A stretch of DNA of 64,000 nucleotides from Bacteriovoracia bacterium. GTDB taxonomy: Bacteria > Bdellovibrionota > UBA1018 > CAIPTA01. A program made the translations under genes and the position numbers. Positions 40,210 to 50,435 of the stretch are shown here, one piece after another. Location: positions 192,001 to 256,000 of the forward strand of contig JBFWVL010000003.1 of assembly GCA_050246755.1 (NCBI GenBank). The letters run 5' to 3'. The notes under the pieces are model-generated. The model saw only the letters and a list, made by a program, of their open reading frames with translations, ran no database searches and was not told the DNA's origin. Position 1 is the first letter of the stretch; every line of letters starts with the position of its first letter.

Positions 40210-42415
40210 GAAAAGAGCCCTCACCCTCTCTACGCCCCTCCAGTTTCTTAAGGGCCTAGGCCCCGCGCGCGCGTCCGCTTTCGCGCGTAAGGGCGTAGTT
40301 ACGGTACAAGACGCTCTCTACTATTTTCCTTTGCGCTACGAAGACCGCCGCGGCCTCTGTGAGCCGAAAGACCTCGTAGGACTCCCCGACGGCATGGCCG
40401 TGACCGTGCTCGCGCAGATCCAGCGCCAGAAAGAAATTCCGATTCGCGGCCGTGGAATGATGTTCGAACTCGTGGCGATGGGAGACAAAGGCGATCTCCT
40501 CACCTGCACTTGGTTTCATACCTACAAGGGAATGAAGGAGAAATTCGCGCCCGGCCCCTGGGCCATTTTTCAGGGCACGCTGAAGAATTATCGCGGCTCT
40601 CCGCAGATCGTTCACCCCGACGTAGAAATCCTCAAAGAGAAACCCGTGCCGGGAAAAGTGGAAGTTCCGGTCTCTCCCCATTGGGGCCGCGTGGTGCCGA
40701 TTTATTCGCGCTCCGATAAGCTCACCCAGAAATTCATCCGCGATACGGTGAGCCAGATCCTCGACGAAGCCCTCCCCGTCACCCCCGACCTGATCCCGAA
40801 AGATATCCGCGAGCGGCATAAGCTTCCCGGCATCGCCGAGTCCATCCGCGCGATGCATTTTCCCACCGAGCTCCCGCGCCTCGACATTCCCCGTACGGAA
40901 GACTTACCCGCCGCCACCCGCCGTCTCATCTTTGAGGAATTTTTTAAATTTCAGCTCGTGCTGCTCATGGACCGCACGGGCATCCAGCCCGAGCCCGCCA
41001 AGCCCATTTCCGTAAAAGGCCACCTAGCGCAGAAGATGCGCAAAAATTTTCCCTACTCCCTCACCAACGCGCAGGAAAGATCTATCGCCGAAGTGCTCAC
41101 CGATCTACAAAAGCCGATCGCGATGAACCGGATCGTGCAGGGAGACGTGGGCAGCGGAAAAACCCTAGTGGCTTTCCTTACCGCGGCCGAAGCGATCGAG
41201 AACGAGGGCCAGGTGGCACTGATGGCGCCCACCGAGATCCTCGCCGAGCAACACTACCAAAACGCGCTCAAAGTTTTCGCCGGCACGGGTGTGGAAGTTT
41301 TATTGCTTACCGGCAGCCTAGGAGTGGCGGCAAAGCGCGAAGCGCAGGAAAAGATAAAAACCGGCAAAGCCCAATTCGTGATCGGCACCCACGCGCTCAT
41401 TCAGGACGCCGTCACCTGGAAAAACCTGCGCATGGCCATCATCGATGAGCAGCACCGGTTCGGCGTGCGCCAGCGCACGGCGCTCAAAGAAAAATCCCCC
41501 CCCGGGGCCTTCCCGCATATCTTGACCATGACGGCCACGCCCATCCCGCGCTCTCTCGCCCTCACCGTTTTCGGCGAGCTCGACGTTTCTACCATCGATG
41601 AAATGCCGCCCGGCCGCCAGGATATTCCCACCAAGATCATCCGCGGCACCGAACGCCACAAGCTCTACAATTTGATCCGCAAAGAGGCCGACCTCAAGCA
41701 CCAAAGCTATATCGTTTTCCCGCTCGTGAATGATTCCGAAAAAGAGGGCATGGAAAAACTGAAAAGTGTGGAATCCCAGTTCTTGGAGCTCGCGGCCGGT
41801 GAGCTTTCGGGCCTACGCCTCGCGATGGTCCACGGGCAAATGAGCGCCGAAGAGCGCAACGGCATCATGCGCGCCTTCAAGGCCCACGAGTACGATGTGC
41901 TCGTTTCCACCACCGTGATCGAAGTGGGCGTGGACGTGCCCAATGCCACCGTAATGGCCATCGAGAATGCCGAACGCTTCGGCCTTTCGCAGCTGCACCA
42001 ACTGCGCGGTCGCGTGGGCCGGGGTTCGGCGAAGAGTTATTGCGTGCTAGTTACCGACTCCGCCCCACCCGGAGCCCGCCCGATTCAGCCCGAGAATGCC
42101 GAAGCCGGCGTGGAAGACGAAAGCCCCTGGGTACGCCTCGGCGTGCTCGAAAAAACCCGCTCGGGTTTCGAGATCGCGGAGCACGATCTAAAATTACGCG
42201 GCCCCGGCGATTTCTTCGGCACCAAACAAAGCGGCAGCCCGAGCTTCCGGCTAGCCGATCTTTCGCGGGACGCGCAGCTGCTCGAAGTGGCGCGGGCCGA
42301 AGCCCAGAAAATCTATAAAGACGATCCTAAATTAGAAAAGCCTGAACATGCGGCTCTGGGCACCTGGTTTCGGCAAATGATCGAAGAAGCGGCGCAGACG
42401 TTGAAGAGCGGATGA
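40190..42415 (+). CDS. recG: ATP-dependent DNA helicase RecG
   Basis: QGDVGSGKT, DEQHRFG, MTATPIPRSL, QLRGRVGRG, DLKLRGPGD. Confidence 0.96.
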   Translation: MASNTAKKRALTLSTPLQFLKGLGPARASAFARKGVVTVQDALYYFPLRYEDRRGLCEPKDLVGLPDGMAVTVLAQIQRQKEIPIRGRGMMFELVAMGDKGDLLTCTWFHTYKGMKEKFAPGPWAIFQGTLKNYRGSPQIVHPDVEILKEKPVPGKVEVPVSPHWGRVVPIYSRSDKLTQKFIRDTVSQILDEALPVTPDLIPKDIRERHKLPGIAESIRAMHFPTELPRLDIPRTEDLPAATRRLIFEEFFKFQLVLLMDRTGIQPEPAKPISVKGHLAQKMRKNFPYSLTNAQERSIAEVLTDLQKPIAMNRIVQGDVGSGKTLVAFLTAAEAIENEGQVALMAPTEILAEQHYQNALKVFAGTGVEVLLLTGSLGVAAKREAQEKIKTGKAQFVIGTHALIQDAVTWKNLRMAIIDEQHRFGVRQRTALKEKSPPGAFPHILTMTATPIPRSLALTVFGELDVSTIDEMPPGRQDIPTKIIRGTERHKLYNLIRKEADLKHQSYIVFPLVNDSEKEGMEKLKSVESQFLELAAGELSGLRLAMVHGQMSAEERNGIMRAFKAHEYDVLVSTTVIEVGVDVPNATVMAIENAERFGLSQLHQLRGRVGRGSAKSYCVLVTDSAPPGARPIQPENAEAGVEDESPWVRLGVLEKTRSGFEIAEHDLKLRGPGDFFGTKQSGSPSFRLADLSRDAQLLEVARAEAQKIYKDDPKLEKPEHAALGTWFRQMIEEAAQTLKSG

Positions 42416-42436
42416 TTTTCCCGCTACAATAGTTTC

Positions 42437-42910
42437 ATGTACTATTCTCTGTTTTTTTTCCTGCTTGCCGCTGGTTTCGGCTACTACTTCAAGGAAGGAG
42501 ATAATTTTCTTTACCGCAAAGCCGTGGAGATGGTGAAAGTAGACCCGCATATGCTCCGGCACGCAGATGACAATGCGGAAAAGCAGCGGTCCCTTTGCCA
42601 GTTCACGGCCGATTACGATTATGCCTGCACCACGACCACCAAAGACCTTCAGCAATATCCCATATATATCTGGGGAGGCCCGGGAACAAGAAGCCCCAAA
42701 GAAGAGACTGCCGCCAAGTGCGCCTTGGCTTGCGCCGAGCATGGGCCGGGATTTTGTGCGTGGCGAGAGAACGGACCGGAATACGGGGGCGCCACCACTT
42801 GCCTATTCGTGAGCCGAAAAATTTGCTCCAATTCCGATATCGAGCCGATCCCGTTTTCGGCCTACCTTCCTTCCCAGGTGAAATCCGTGCAAAGCGGGCG
42901 CTGCGATTAG
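42437..42910 (+). CDS. Hypothetical Cys-rich membrane-anchored protein
   Basis: N-terminal hydrophobic anchor and eight Cys; fills the recG-selD gap. Confidence 0.55.
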   Translation: MYYSLFFFLLAAGFGYYFKEGDNFLYRKAVEMVKVDPHMLRHADDNAEKQRSLCQFTADYDYACTTTTKDLQQYPIYIWGGPGTRSPKEETAAKCALACAEHGPGFCAWRENGPEYGGATTCLFVSRKICSNSDIEPIPFSAYLPSQVKSVQSGRCD

Positions 42911-43947
42911 GAAAATTGAACCCGCGGGCCGGCACCTCTCTCCGCAACTTCCCCGATCAATGAAGTAGAAGGAAATTTTTCTTTTAGCCGCCCCACGATC
43001 GATTCCGCGTCCTTTTTCGGCACCGCTAATAGGAGCCCGCCCGATGTCTGCGGGTCCACCGTGAGCCACTTCGAATGGTCGGGTACCGAAACCTCGTTTT
43101 GCACATAGTCCCAATTCGTCTTGTGAGCGCGGTTGAGGATGCCTCGTTCGATGCACACTGCGGCACCGGGCAGCAAGCGCAGGTTCTTCAGGGAGATCGC
43201 AAAATTCACGTCGCTTGCGCGCGCCATTTGCAAAGCGTGGCCGGCCAAACCGAATCCGGTAATGTCGGTTGCAGCATGCACGGAAAAATCGCCGAGAAGC
43301 TCCGGCACGCGGTTCAGCTGCTGCATGCTGGCAACCAGCGGCGCGAGATGCTCCGCGCTCAGCTCGCGCCGTTTTAGCGCCGAGGTAAGGGTGCCGGTCC
43401 CGAGAGCTTTGGTTAAAATCAAGCTATCGCCTGGTCGAGCGCCGGCATTGGTCCAGGCGCGATTGGTAGGCACGAACCCGGTCACGGAGAGGCCAAATTT
43501 CAAGGTATCATCGTCGATCGTGTGCCCTCCCGCGAGGCAGGCGCCGGCCTCCTCGATTTTGGCCACCGCGCCTTTCAGCAAAGGCTCGAGCAGCTCGATC
43601 GGCAATGTTAACGAAGGAAATGCGAGAATGCTCAGCGCAATTTTCGGGGCGCCGCCCATTGCGTACACGTCACTCAGCGCGTTCGCGGCGGCGATCGCGC
43701 CAAATTCGTAAGCATCGTCCACGATGGGAGTAAAAAAATCGAGCGTCTGCACGAGGCTCTGCCCATTGCCCAGATCCCATAGGCAGGCGTCGTCCATGTG
43801 CTCGGTGCCCACCGATAAACTAGGCGGCTTTTTCAGGCCGAGTTTTTTTAAAATATCGCGTAGCTGCCCGGCCGGGAGCTTAGCGGCGCAACCGCCCTTT
43901 TGTACCGTTTCGGTTAAGCGAATTGACTTTGAATCCAGTTCCGACAT
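42907..43947 (-). CDS. selD: Selenide, water dikinase (Cys form)
   Basis: GGCAAK, TLDFFTPIVDD, ANALSDVYAMGG, DPQTSGGLL. Confidence 0.95.
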   Translation of the reverse strand: MSELDSKSIRLTETVQKGGCAAKLPAGQLRDILKKLGLKKPPSLSVGTEHMDDACLWDLGNGQSLVQTLDFFTPIVDDAYEFGAIAAANALSDVYAMGGAPKIALSILAFPSLTLPIELLEPLLKGAVAKIEEAGACLAGGHTIDDDTLKFGLSVTGFVPTNRAWTNAGARPGDSLILTKALGTGTLTSALKRRELSAEHLAPLVASMQQLNRVPELLGDFSVHAATDITGFGLAGHALQMARASDVNFAISLKNLRLLPGAAVCIERGILNRAHKTNWDYVQNEVSVPDHSKWLTVDPQTSGGLLLAVPKKDAESIVGRLKEKFPSTSLIGEVAERGAGPRVQFS

Positions 43948-44972
43948 TCGTTCCAGTCTCCCTCAAATGCGATCGCGCGAGGATTCCTCGCGAAGCCGTA
44001 GTGATACGCTTTATCATAGTAGTGCAGCAATAGATCTCGAATCCATTCCCGGTGTAAATCGCCATGATTGCGCACAAACGCCAGGCCCATTTTTCCGCGA
44101 ACCTCCTCGGTGAGCCCCCCTCCGAGCTTATTGCGGATTCCCGAGAGCGAATGAGCATACTGCGCGCTAAGTTCCGCGGGGGGCACCCCGGCGGCCAGCG
44201 GTTCGGCCACGTACTCGGAAAAAATATTCTCTACCCTTTCGAGCACCGGCCGGCGAATTTTTACCACCGGCGCTCCCAGCATTTTTTCCCGCAGGCTCTT
44301 GGGCAAGTGAATCTTTCCTATCATCAAGCTCTCATCTTCCACTAAGAGCTTAGGAAATCGCCACAGCTGCAGGGCCAGGATATTTTCGAAGCTTGCCTGG
44401 CTCGGCTGAGATGTACCGATCAACGGGCCGAATGCGCTTCCCCGGTGCCTGGCGATTTTTTCCAAATTTATCGCGGGGCCTTGCAGACTTTCCAGCAATT
44501 TAGTTTTACCCGAACCGGTAGGCCCAGCCAGCACGAGCAAATCCGGGAGCCGCTCATACACACGGAGGAGCTCGTTTCGCAGCGATTTATAGCCTCCGGA
44601 AAGTCGGTAGCTCGCTACGCCAGCCTCCTCCAGCCAACGGCAAGCGGTTTCCGATCGCAAACCCCCGCGCCAGCAGGTCACCACCGGCATGGCGGCTAGA
44701 GATAATTTCTCTTTCCACGCGCGAACGAGCCTGTCCCGGTGACCGTCCACCAGTGAATGCCCCAACTGCACGGCCTCGGCTTGCCCCTTGGCCTTGTAAC
44801 AAAGACCTACTTCATGGCGTTCAGAATTATTCAAAATGGGAATATTCGAAAATAAGGGAATGGCACCTCGCGCATACTCGCCTTCGGACCGAACATCGAC
44901 GCCGCCCACCGAAGCGCCAGCCAATATTCGCTTCAGCGCTTCCGGCGCGGAAATAAAAAGATGCTTGCCCAT
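43914..44972 (-). CDS. mnmH: tRNA 2-selenouridine(34) synthase
   Basis: Rhodanese DVRSEGEY, CWRGGLRS; GPTGSGKT; HRGSAFG; EDES. Confidence 0.92.
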   Translation of the reverse strand: MGKHLFISAPEALKRILAGASVGGVDVRSEGEYARGAIPLFSNIPILNNSERHEVGLCYKAKGQAEAVQLGHSLVDGHRDRLVRAWKEKLSLAAMPVVTCWRGGLRSETACRWLEEAGVASYRLSGGYKSLRNELLRVYERLPDLLVLAGPTGSGKTKLLESLQGPAINLEKIARHRGSAFGPLIGTSQPSQASFENILALQLWRFPKLLVEDESLMIGKIHLPKSLREKMLGAPVVKIRRPVLERVENIFSEYVAEPLAAGVPPAELSAQYAHSLSGIRNKLGGGLTEEVRGKMGLAFVRNHGDLHREWIRDLLLHYYDKAYHYGFARNPRAIAFEGDWNECRNWIQSQFA

Positions 44973-44976
44973 AGTT

Positions 44977-45432
44977 TTACGGAGCGCCCCTGCGGATAGA
45001 CTGCACGATCTGATCGAGCTTGCCCAAGAAACGGGATTTATCTTTCTTCTCCATCGGTGCCGGACCGCCGCGCATCTCCCCCCATTCCCGCAAATTTTTC
45101 ATCAGCTCGCGAGTGGCCATCGCCTCACCCACGCTATCTTCGGTAAACTCGATCCCTTTCGGCCCCAGCACTCGCGCCTGCTTCTTCACGCAACGGTCGG
45201 CGAGCGGGATATCGGCGGTGATCACGATATCGCCGGCGTTTACGTGCGCGGCAATCCAATCATCGGCGGCATCGAGGGTGCCCAGCACCACCACCATATT
45301 GGTGCGGCTATTCTGGGGAATATTCATGCCTTTGTTCGCTACCAGCGTAACAGATAACTGATAACGCTCGGCCACGCGGTATACTTCCTCTTTCACGGCG
45401 CAACCATCAGCATCGATATAGATATGCAGCAT
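44977..45432 (-). CDS. YaiI/YqxD family protein
   Basis: [24 protein letters not shown]. Confidence 0.9.
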   Translation of the reverse strand: MLHIYIDADGCAVKEEVYRVAERYQLSVTLVANKGMNIPQNSRTNMVVVLGTLDAADDWIAAHVNAGDIVITADIPLADRCVKKQARVLGPKGIEFTEDSVGEAMATRELMKNLREWGEMRGGPAPMEKKDKSRFLGKLDQIVQSIRRGAP

Positions 45433-45510
45433 CCCTCCACCTTAGCGGAGAAGCTGCGCGTTACGATTTCATTTTTTGACTATTCCTATATCTATTCCTA
45501 CTCTCCTTCT

Positions 45511-47313
45511 ATGAAAGCGCTTGGAGCTATCTTTTTTTTCCTTTGCTTGGCGGCATTTTATTTTTTTTGCCTCCCTCACCACGTTCAGGGCGGCGATACC
45601 GCGGAGCTCGTAGCGGCCGCCTATCTCAAGTTGGTGGCCCATCCGCCGGGCTACCCCCTTTGGATCTGGCTCCAACATTTCTGGATAAAAATACCGCTAG
45701 GCACGATTTTTTGGCGCGCCTCCTTGCTCTCTGCCATTTTTTCACTGACCAGCCTGGCCGTCCTCGCCCTTAGTCTCAGAAAGAATCCTCTGCTCCTCTG
45801 GCTATGCCTGCCGCTCTTGGCCCTTTCCACCGTTTTCTACGAGGCCGCTCTGCTGCCGGACGTTTTTGCTCTCCATGGCCTTTTCGTGATGGCGATCGGC
45901 TGCGCTTTCTTTTTTCTCGGGCCGGAATCAAAGTCTCGAAGGCTCTTGGTTCCCTTTCTCCTCTGCCTAGGCCTCGCTCATCACCTCACCATTATTTTCC
46001 TTCTTCCTTTACTTGCCGGACTCGCGTGGGAAGAGCGCGCGTCCAAAACCGCGCTCGCGGAGATTGCCGCCGCCGCCCTGGCCGGCCTGGCACTGGCCCT
46101 CCTCAGCTATACGAGCATTTTCCTGCTGCAAACGGATAGCCCCTATTCTTGGGGGGAAATTAGAACCTTTTCCGGGATTTGGCGGCATTTTCTCCGCCTC
46201 GAATATGGCTCGCTCCAGCTAAGCGCAGAAGGAAACGGAGTCAGTCTGCTGCCCTTTCTTCATTTCTTAGGGGTTAATTCGTTAAACCTTATTCCGCTAG
46301 TCGCGTTTGCGGGAATGATCCTACGCTGGAGGCCGGCGGCGAAAAAAGATTTTCGTTTTCTATGCGGCTCCGCCGCGCTGCTGGCTTCTTTGGCTTTCTT
46401 TCTTCTCGCCAACGTGCGGCCCGCGGGCATGGGGTCCGAAGTGCTTCTCCGCTTCCACCTAATGCCCGTAATCCTCTGCGTTTTGCTCGCGGCCTATATC
46501 CTGAATTCCACAATTATCACGGCGTATACTTATAGAATTTTCTATTTTATTGCGGCGCTCGCCCTCGTTCCCTTCTTCTTTGTCGTCGGCGATTTAGTGA
46601 AACTAAGAAAGGATTCCGTGATCGAAGACTACGCCACCAATGCCTTGGCGGAAGCTTCGCGCGTGGAGCCCGCGATCTTGTTGGTGGAAAATGATCATGC
46701 GTACTTCGCTTTGCAGTACGCTAAATCCATTTTTGGCCTGGCCCCCCACGTGGCGGTCGCCAGCCCCCGCCTGTTTTTCCATCCCTGGTACCTGAATAAA
46801 ATTCAGGTAACGCTGCCCACGTTCAGGCTCGCCGATCCGCGCCATGCCTGGGAAGAGCGAACCTTGGAGCTCGAAAAAGACCTGCTGGCGCCGAATATCG
46901 CTAAAATAAATTTTGTGTTTACGCGCGGATTTCGCCCCCAGGGAAGATACAAAACAACCTTTCTGAGCCTCGGCTACGCCGTTTCCAGCGGACACGGCCA
47001 GGAATTTGCCCCCCGGCGGGACCTTCTTCTCCGCTCGCGGCCCCTCTCGCAAGGGCCCCAAAATTACGGAAAGAAGCTCCTCTTCTCTCAGTACGCGAAT
47101 TATTTTTTAGCCCAGGGCGCGGCGGACTTCACCGTCGGCAAAAAAGATACCGCGCTCGCTGCCTGGCACCATGCCCTCGCGATCGTGCCCTACGCTTGGC
47201 CGGCGCTGCAAAATATCTGCCGCGTTACTAAGGGGGAAGATCCCGCTTGTGCACCCGAGCAAGTGGAAAAAGTGTATAGTGCCGCCCTCGGCGGGCTCTA
47301 CTTTATGCAGTAA
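45511..47313 (+). CDS. DUF2723 / TMEM260-like membrane glycosyltransferase
   Basis: GDTAEL...VAHPPGYPLW, GLAHHLT; many TM segments; C-terminal TPR-like helix. Confidence 0.75.
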   Translation: MKALGAIFFFLCLAAFYFFCLPHHVQGGDTAELVAAAYLKLVAHPPGYPLWIWLQHFWIKIPLGTIFWRASLLSAIFSLTSLAVLALSLRKNPLLLWLCLPLLALSTVFYEAALLPDVFALHGLFVMAIGCAFFFLGPESKSRRLLVPFLLCLGLAHHLTIIFLLPLLAGLAWEERASKTALAEIAAAALAGLALALLSYTSIFLLQTDSPYSWGEIRTFSGIWRHFLRLEYGSLQLSAEGNGVSLLPFLHFLGVNSLNLIPLVAFAGMILRWRPAAKKDFRFLCGSAALLASLAFFLLANVRPAGMGSEVLLRFHLMPVILCVLLAAYILNSTIITAYTYRIFYFIAALALVPFFFVVGDLVKLRKDSVIEDYATNALAEASRVEPAILLVENDHAYFALQYAKSIFGLAPHVAVASPRLFFHPWYLNKIQVTLPTFRLADPRHAWEERTLELEKDLLAPNIAKINFVFTRGFRPQGRYKTTFLSLGYAVSSGHGQEFAPRRDLLLRSRPLSQGPQNYGKKLLFSQYANYFLAQGAADFTVGKKDTALAAWHHALAIVPYAWPALQNICRVTKGEDPACAPEQVEKVYSAALGGLYFMQ

Positions 47314-48947
47314 AGCCGGCGCTGCTCGTTCCAAAGCAAATTTTCTGGGCGATGAGGGTTCAGCATATTTAGATGAAAACAAAGGTCTTCCGGGCAGGCC
47401 GAGCGGTTGAAGCGCACTTCGTTCTGGGTCACGAAAGCGGACCGCCGGCATTCTTCGCTTACCCCATTTTTTCCGGGTGCCAATAAATCTATCTCTCCGC
47501 CCACCGGCGCCGGCAAAACGGAAGAGCGCCAGCGTTCGTGGCCTATCCTCACGTAGCGCCCGAGCGGCTGGTAGCAATTGGGCACGATACGGTTCTTGTT
47601 CACCGCTTCATACATATAGGAATGGCTCACGAGGGAAGTATCTCGACTGCGCACGGGATAAAGGCGATTCATTTCCGCGGCCGCTATGCTCGAGCTTTGC
47701 TGGGTTTCATCCCAATTCAGCAAGGGAACAAAGGTGAGCATAGAAAGAAAAGTCACGAGGTAGCCTACGGGCATAAGCCATTTTAAATAAAAATCCCTGG
47801 CGCGCAGGTGCAGCGCCAAGTAACGCAGCAGAAAAATCGCCAGCAAAAATAGCAGCACCACCTGAAACCTGGCCACCACCCGCAAAGAATTACTGAGAAA
47901 AAACTTATTCAACCAAAACACCGGCGAAAATGCGGAGATATTTCCCACGCAAAAAAGCAGGGTAATGAAAAAGCAGAAGCCCAGCGGACCAGCCCAGGTG
48001 CGCCGCCAATCTACTTTTTCCTTAGAAATCACCGCGGCCACCAACAATGCGATCAGCGCCCAGGGCAAGAAAGAAAATACGCTATCTTCATACACCGCCC
48101 AGGGGCCCCAGTCCTCGATCAGCCCCAGGTAGCGAAAATGAAAAGTGGGTAGAAAAAAACGGGCTAACGCCTGGCCGGCCGGAGTAGATTCGTCGAGCAC
48201 TTCCTGAAGCCGGCGCGGAAACATATCCTGATAGCGCAAAACGCTAAACCATTTATAGGCCGAAAGCACGAGCGCAAAGGCGAATAAAACCAAAGTGCCC
48301 GCCACCCGCTTTAGGGTTTCCGCCGCTAGCGTAGGCCGCAAAAATAGCAGCATCGTGAAAAATATCCCGATGAGCGGCAATACAAAAAATACCGCCGAAT
48401 GATAGAAGCCCGCCGTGCAGTAACAAAAAGCGCTCAGCACCAGCGCCCCGCCCTCCCGCCCATTCAACCCGCGGGAGAACCCTCGTAAAAGATAGAACGC
48501 CGGCACGAGCGAAAAAAGCACGAGCGCGAAGGTGAGATGCCCCGCGTGAAGGTGCCAAACGAAATAATTTCCGAACAGAAAAAAAGCAGAAAGGGAAAGC
48601 GCCACGCGCGGATCAACGGAAGCCGGGGCTAGCAGCAAAAAAATGCGGTTCAGGTAGATAATCGCCAGGAAGGCACAGCCGAGCAGCAGCGCCTTTGCTC
48701 CCCAAAAACTTCCGAGCAGCAATACCGGGATAAAGAGCGGCGAGAGACCAAAAGCCTGAGGATCCCCCAGCCGGGTAACGCCCGCGCAGAGCTGGTAGGT
48801 CCAAAGAGGAGGCTGATGATCCACCAGCCAGGAGCGCAACTCTACTTCGAAAAAAGAAAGGAAATGGTCCCAATCATTTTGATTGCTTAGCACCACCACG
48901 GCGCTGAAGGCGGTAAACAAGAGATAGAGAGCCCAATTTTTTTTCAT
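47298..48947 (-). CDS. Polytopic membrane protein, YfhO/GT-C-like
   Basis: PLWTYQLCAG...GDPQ, HLHAGH, LRVVARF; many TM segments. Confidence 0.55.
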   Translation of the reverse strand: MKKNWALYLLFTAFSAVVVLSNQNDWDHFLSFFEVELRSWLVDHQPPLWTYQLCAGVTRLGDPQAFGLSPLFIPVLLLGSFWGAKALLLGCAFLAIIYLNRIFLLLAPASVDPRVALSLSAFFLFGNYFVWHLHAGHLTFALVLFSLVPAFYLLRGFSRGLNGREGGALVLSAFCYCTAGFYHSAVFFVLPLIGIFFTMLLFLRPTLAAETLKRVAGTLVLFAFALVLSAYKWFSVLRYQDMFPRRLQEVLDESTPAGQALARFFLPTFHFRYLGLIEDWGPWAVYEDSVFSFLPWALIALLVAAVISKEKVDWRRTWAGPLGFCFFITLLFCVGNISAFSPVFWLNKFFLSNSLRVVARFQVVLLFLLAIFLLRYLALHLRARDFYLKWLMPVGYLVTFLSMLTFVPLLNWDETQQSSSIAAAEMNRLYPVRSRDTSLVSHSYMYEAVNKNRIVPNCYQPLGRYVRIGHERWRSSVLPAPVGGEIDLLAPGKNGVSEECRRSAFVTQNEVRFNRSACPEDLCFHLNMLNPHRPENLLWNEQRRLYCIK

Positions 48948-48977
48948 TGGGTTTGATCTTAACCGGAATCGAAAGGG

Positions 48978-49517
48978 TTAGAAGTCTAATTTTTCAGCGA
49001 GCTGGCGGAGGGACTTGCTCACCACGTACTGATTGACCGGAATGCCCGCTTTTTCCGATAAGCGCTTATAGTTGGAGTAACAGAGCGCGCGTACCGAATC
49101 AGGATGCTGCGGAGAGGCGGCGCACTCGCGGTAGAGCGTGATTCCTTCCGCTTCGAGGGCTGGTTCATTCGCCACCGCTTCCGCAATTTTTCCCAATTGG
49201 ATGCCGGCGGCGATGAGGGCCGGCGGAGTGCCGTGAGTCTCGGCTTCGCGCAGGCGCTGTAAATCATTCTTGTTCGGCAAAGCCTTCATCACTTCGGCAC
49301 CGAGGGCGCGAAACTCTTCGGTGGAAAGGCGCTTCACGCTGGCTACGTCGGAAACGGGCAAGGGCGCCGGCACTTCGTCGGTGATTCCGGAAATCGCGTC
49401 GGCCGCGGGGGAAGAAGCGGCCTCCAAGGTGGTGGGGGCCTGGCGCGTAGTGAGCAATATGGCGCCCGCTCCGATCACTACCAAAATCGCTACGGTGAAA
49501 AATATCCAACGTTTCAT
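48978..49517 (-). CDS. Hypothetical membrane-anchored helical protein
   Basis: N-terminal TM helix; 179-aa ORF in line with its neighbours. Confidence 0.6.
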   Translation of the reverse strand: MKRWIFFTVAILVVIGAGAILLTTRQAPTTLEAASSPAADAISGITDEVPAPLPVSDVASVKRLSTEEFRALGAEVMKALPNKNDLQRLREAETHGTPPALIAAGIQLGKIAEAVANEPALEAEGITLYRECAASPQHPDSVRALCYSNYKRLSEKAGIPVNQYVVSKSLRQLAEKLDF

Positions 49518-49687
49518 AGGGCTCTTTTATCGCTTTCCTTCGGGCGTGGCATCAAGAAATCCGGTTTGCCCGTCCTTTATCGCCCGATTGAAGGGATCGA
49601 GGGTCAAAGAAGATAATAAGCACGAGAGGCCGGCGCACAATTACCGGACCATTATCATTGGTTGCCATAAATACTAAATAAGTTCGG

Positions 49688-50430
49688 CTACTTGCTAAAA
49701 TTAAGCGTAGTGGGATTAGGGCAAAGATCAGTTCGCTCTTCCGCGCTGAGGGCCAGGCCCGGCACAGGCTGAAATGAAGCCACTAGCCTCTTCACCCGCG
49801 GGTAATCCGAATTACCATCCGTATTCAGAATCCAATACCTCATCGCCTCTTCGGCCGTAAATCCGCAAAACTGACGAAGCGCCGCCGCCGCCACGAAGCC
49901 GGACGCATGCCAGCCATTCCAGCAGTGGCCATAAATAGGGCCAAGCGCGGGATCCCGCACGTGCCGATAAATTAAACCCAGTAGGATAACAAGATCTTGT
50001 TTATGACCGCGCAGCGGACTTACTTGCTTATATAGCAGGGTGTTTTCTTTTCCCGCGTAGGTACGGCAAGATACTTTACTGGCCGCGGTGGCGTAACGGG
50101 TATCGTAGAAATATACCGCCTCGGTAAATCCCTCTTCGCAAAGATTTTTCAAGCCTTCGGGAGGAAGCGGATTTGAATTTTCGCGTTTCCCTGATTTGCG
50201 ATAACGATTGTTGGCACCGCCCGGAAATTCCTCGTTCCGGCCAATGCTTCGCGCCCCTCGCCCTTATTGCTCACGAGCTTTTGGGATGCATCTGCCAGCC
50301 CATAACGTTCGCGATAAATACTTCCGGGCACCTCAGAAACCGCCCGCGGCTCCACTCTCGCCCGGGGCGTGCAGGCCCCGAGAATGAGAATTGGCAACAG
50401 AAAAATAAGCGGGCTTTGCTTATGAAACAT
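49688..50430 (-). pseudogene. Lipoprotein with PTP/dual-specificity-phosphatase-like domain, frameshifted
   Basis: Lipobox ILGAC and GTRNFRAV in one frame; GGANN...IYGHCWNGWHASG in another; junction at 50214-50222. Confidence 0.65.
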
Positions 50431-50435
50431 AAAAA

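Noticed and set aside
49552-49668. 38-aa minus-strand ORF (MATNDNGPVIVRRPLV...)
   Set aside because: No RBS, motif or context support
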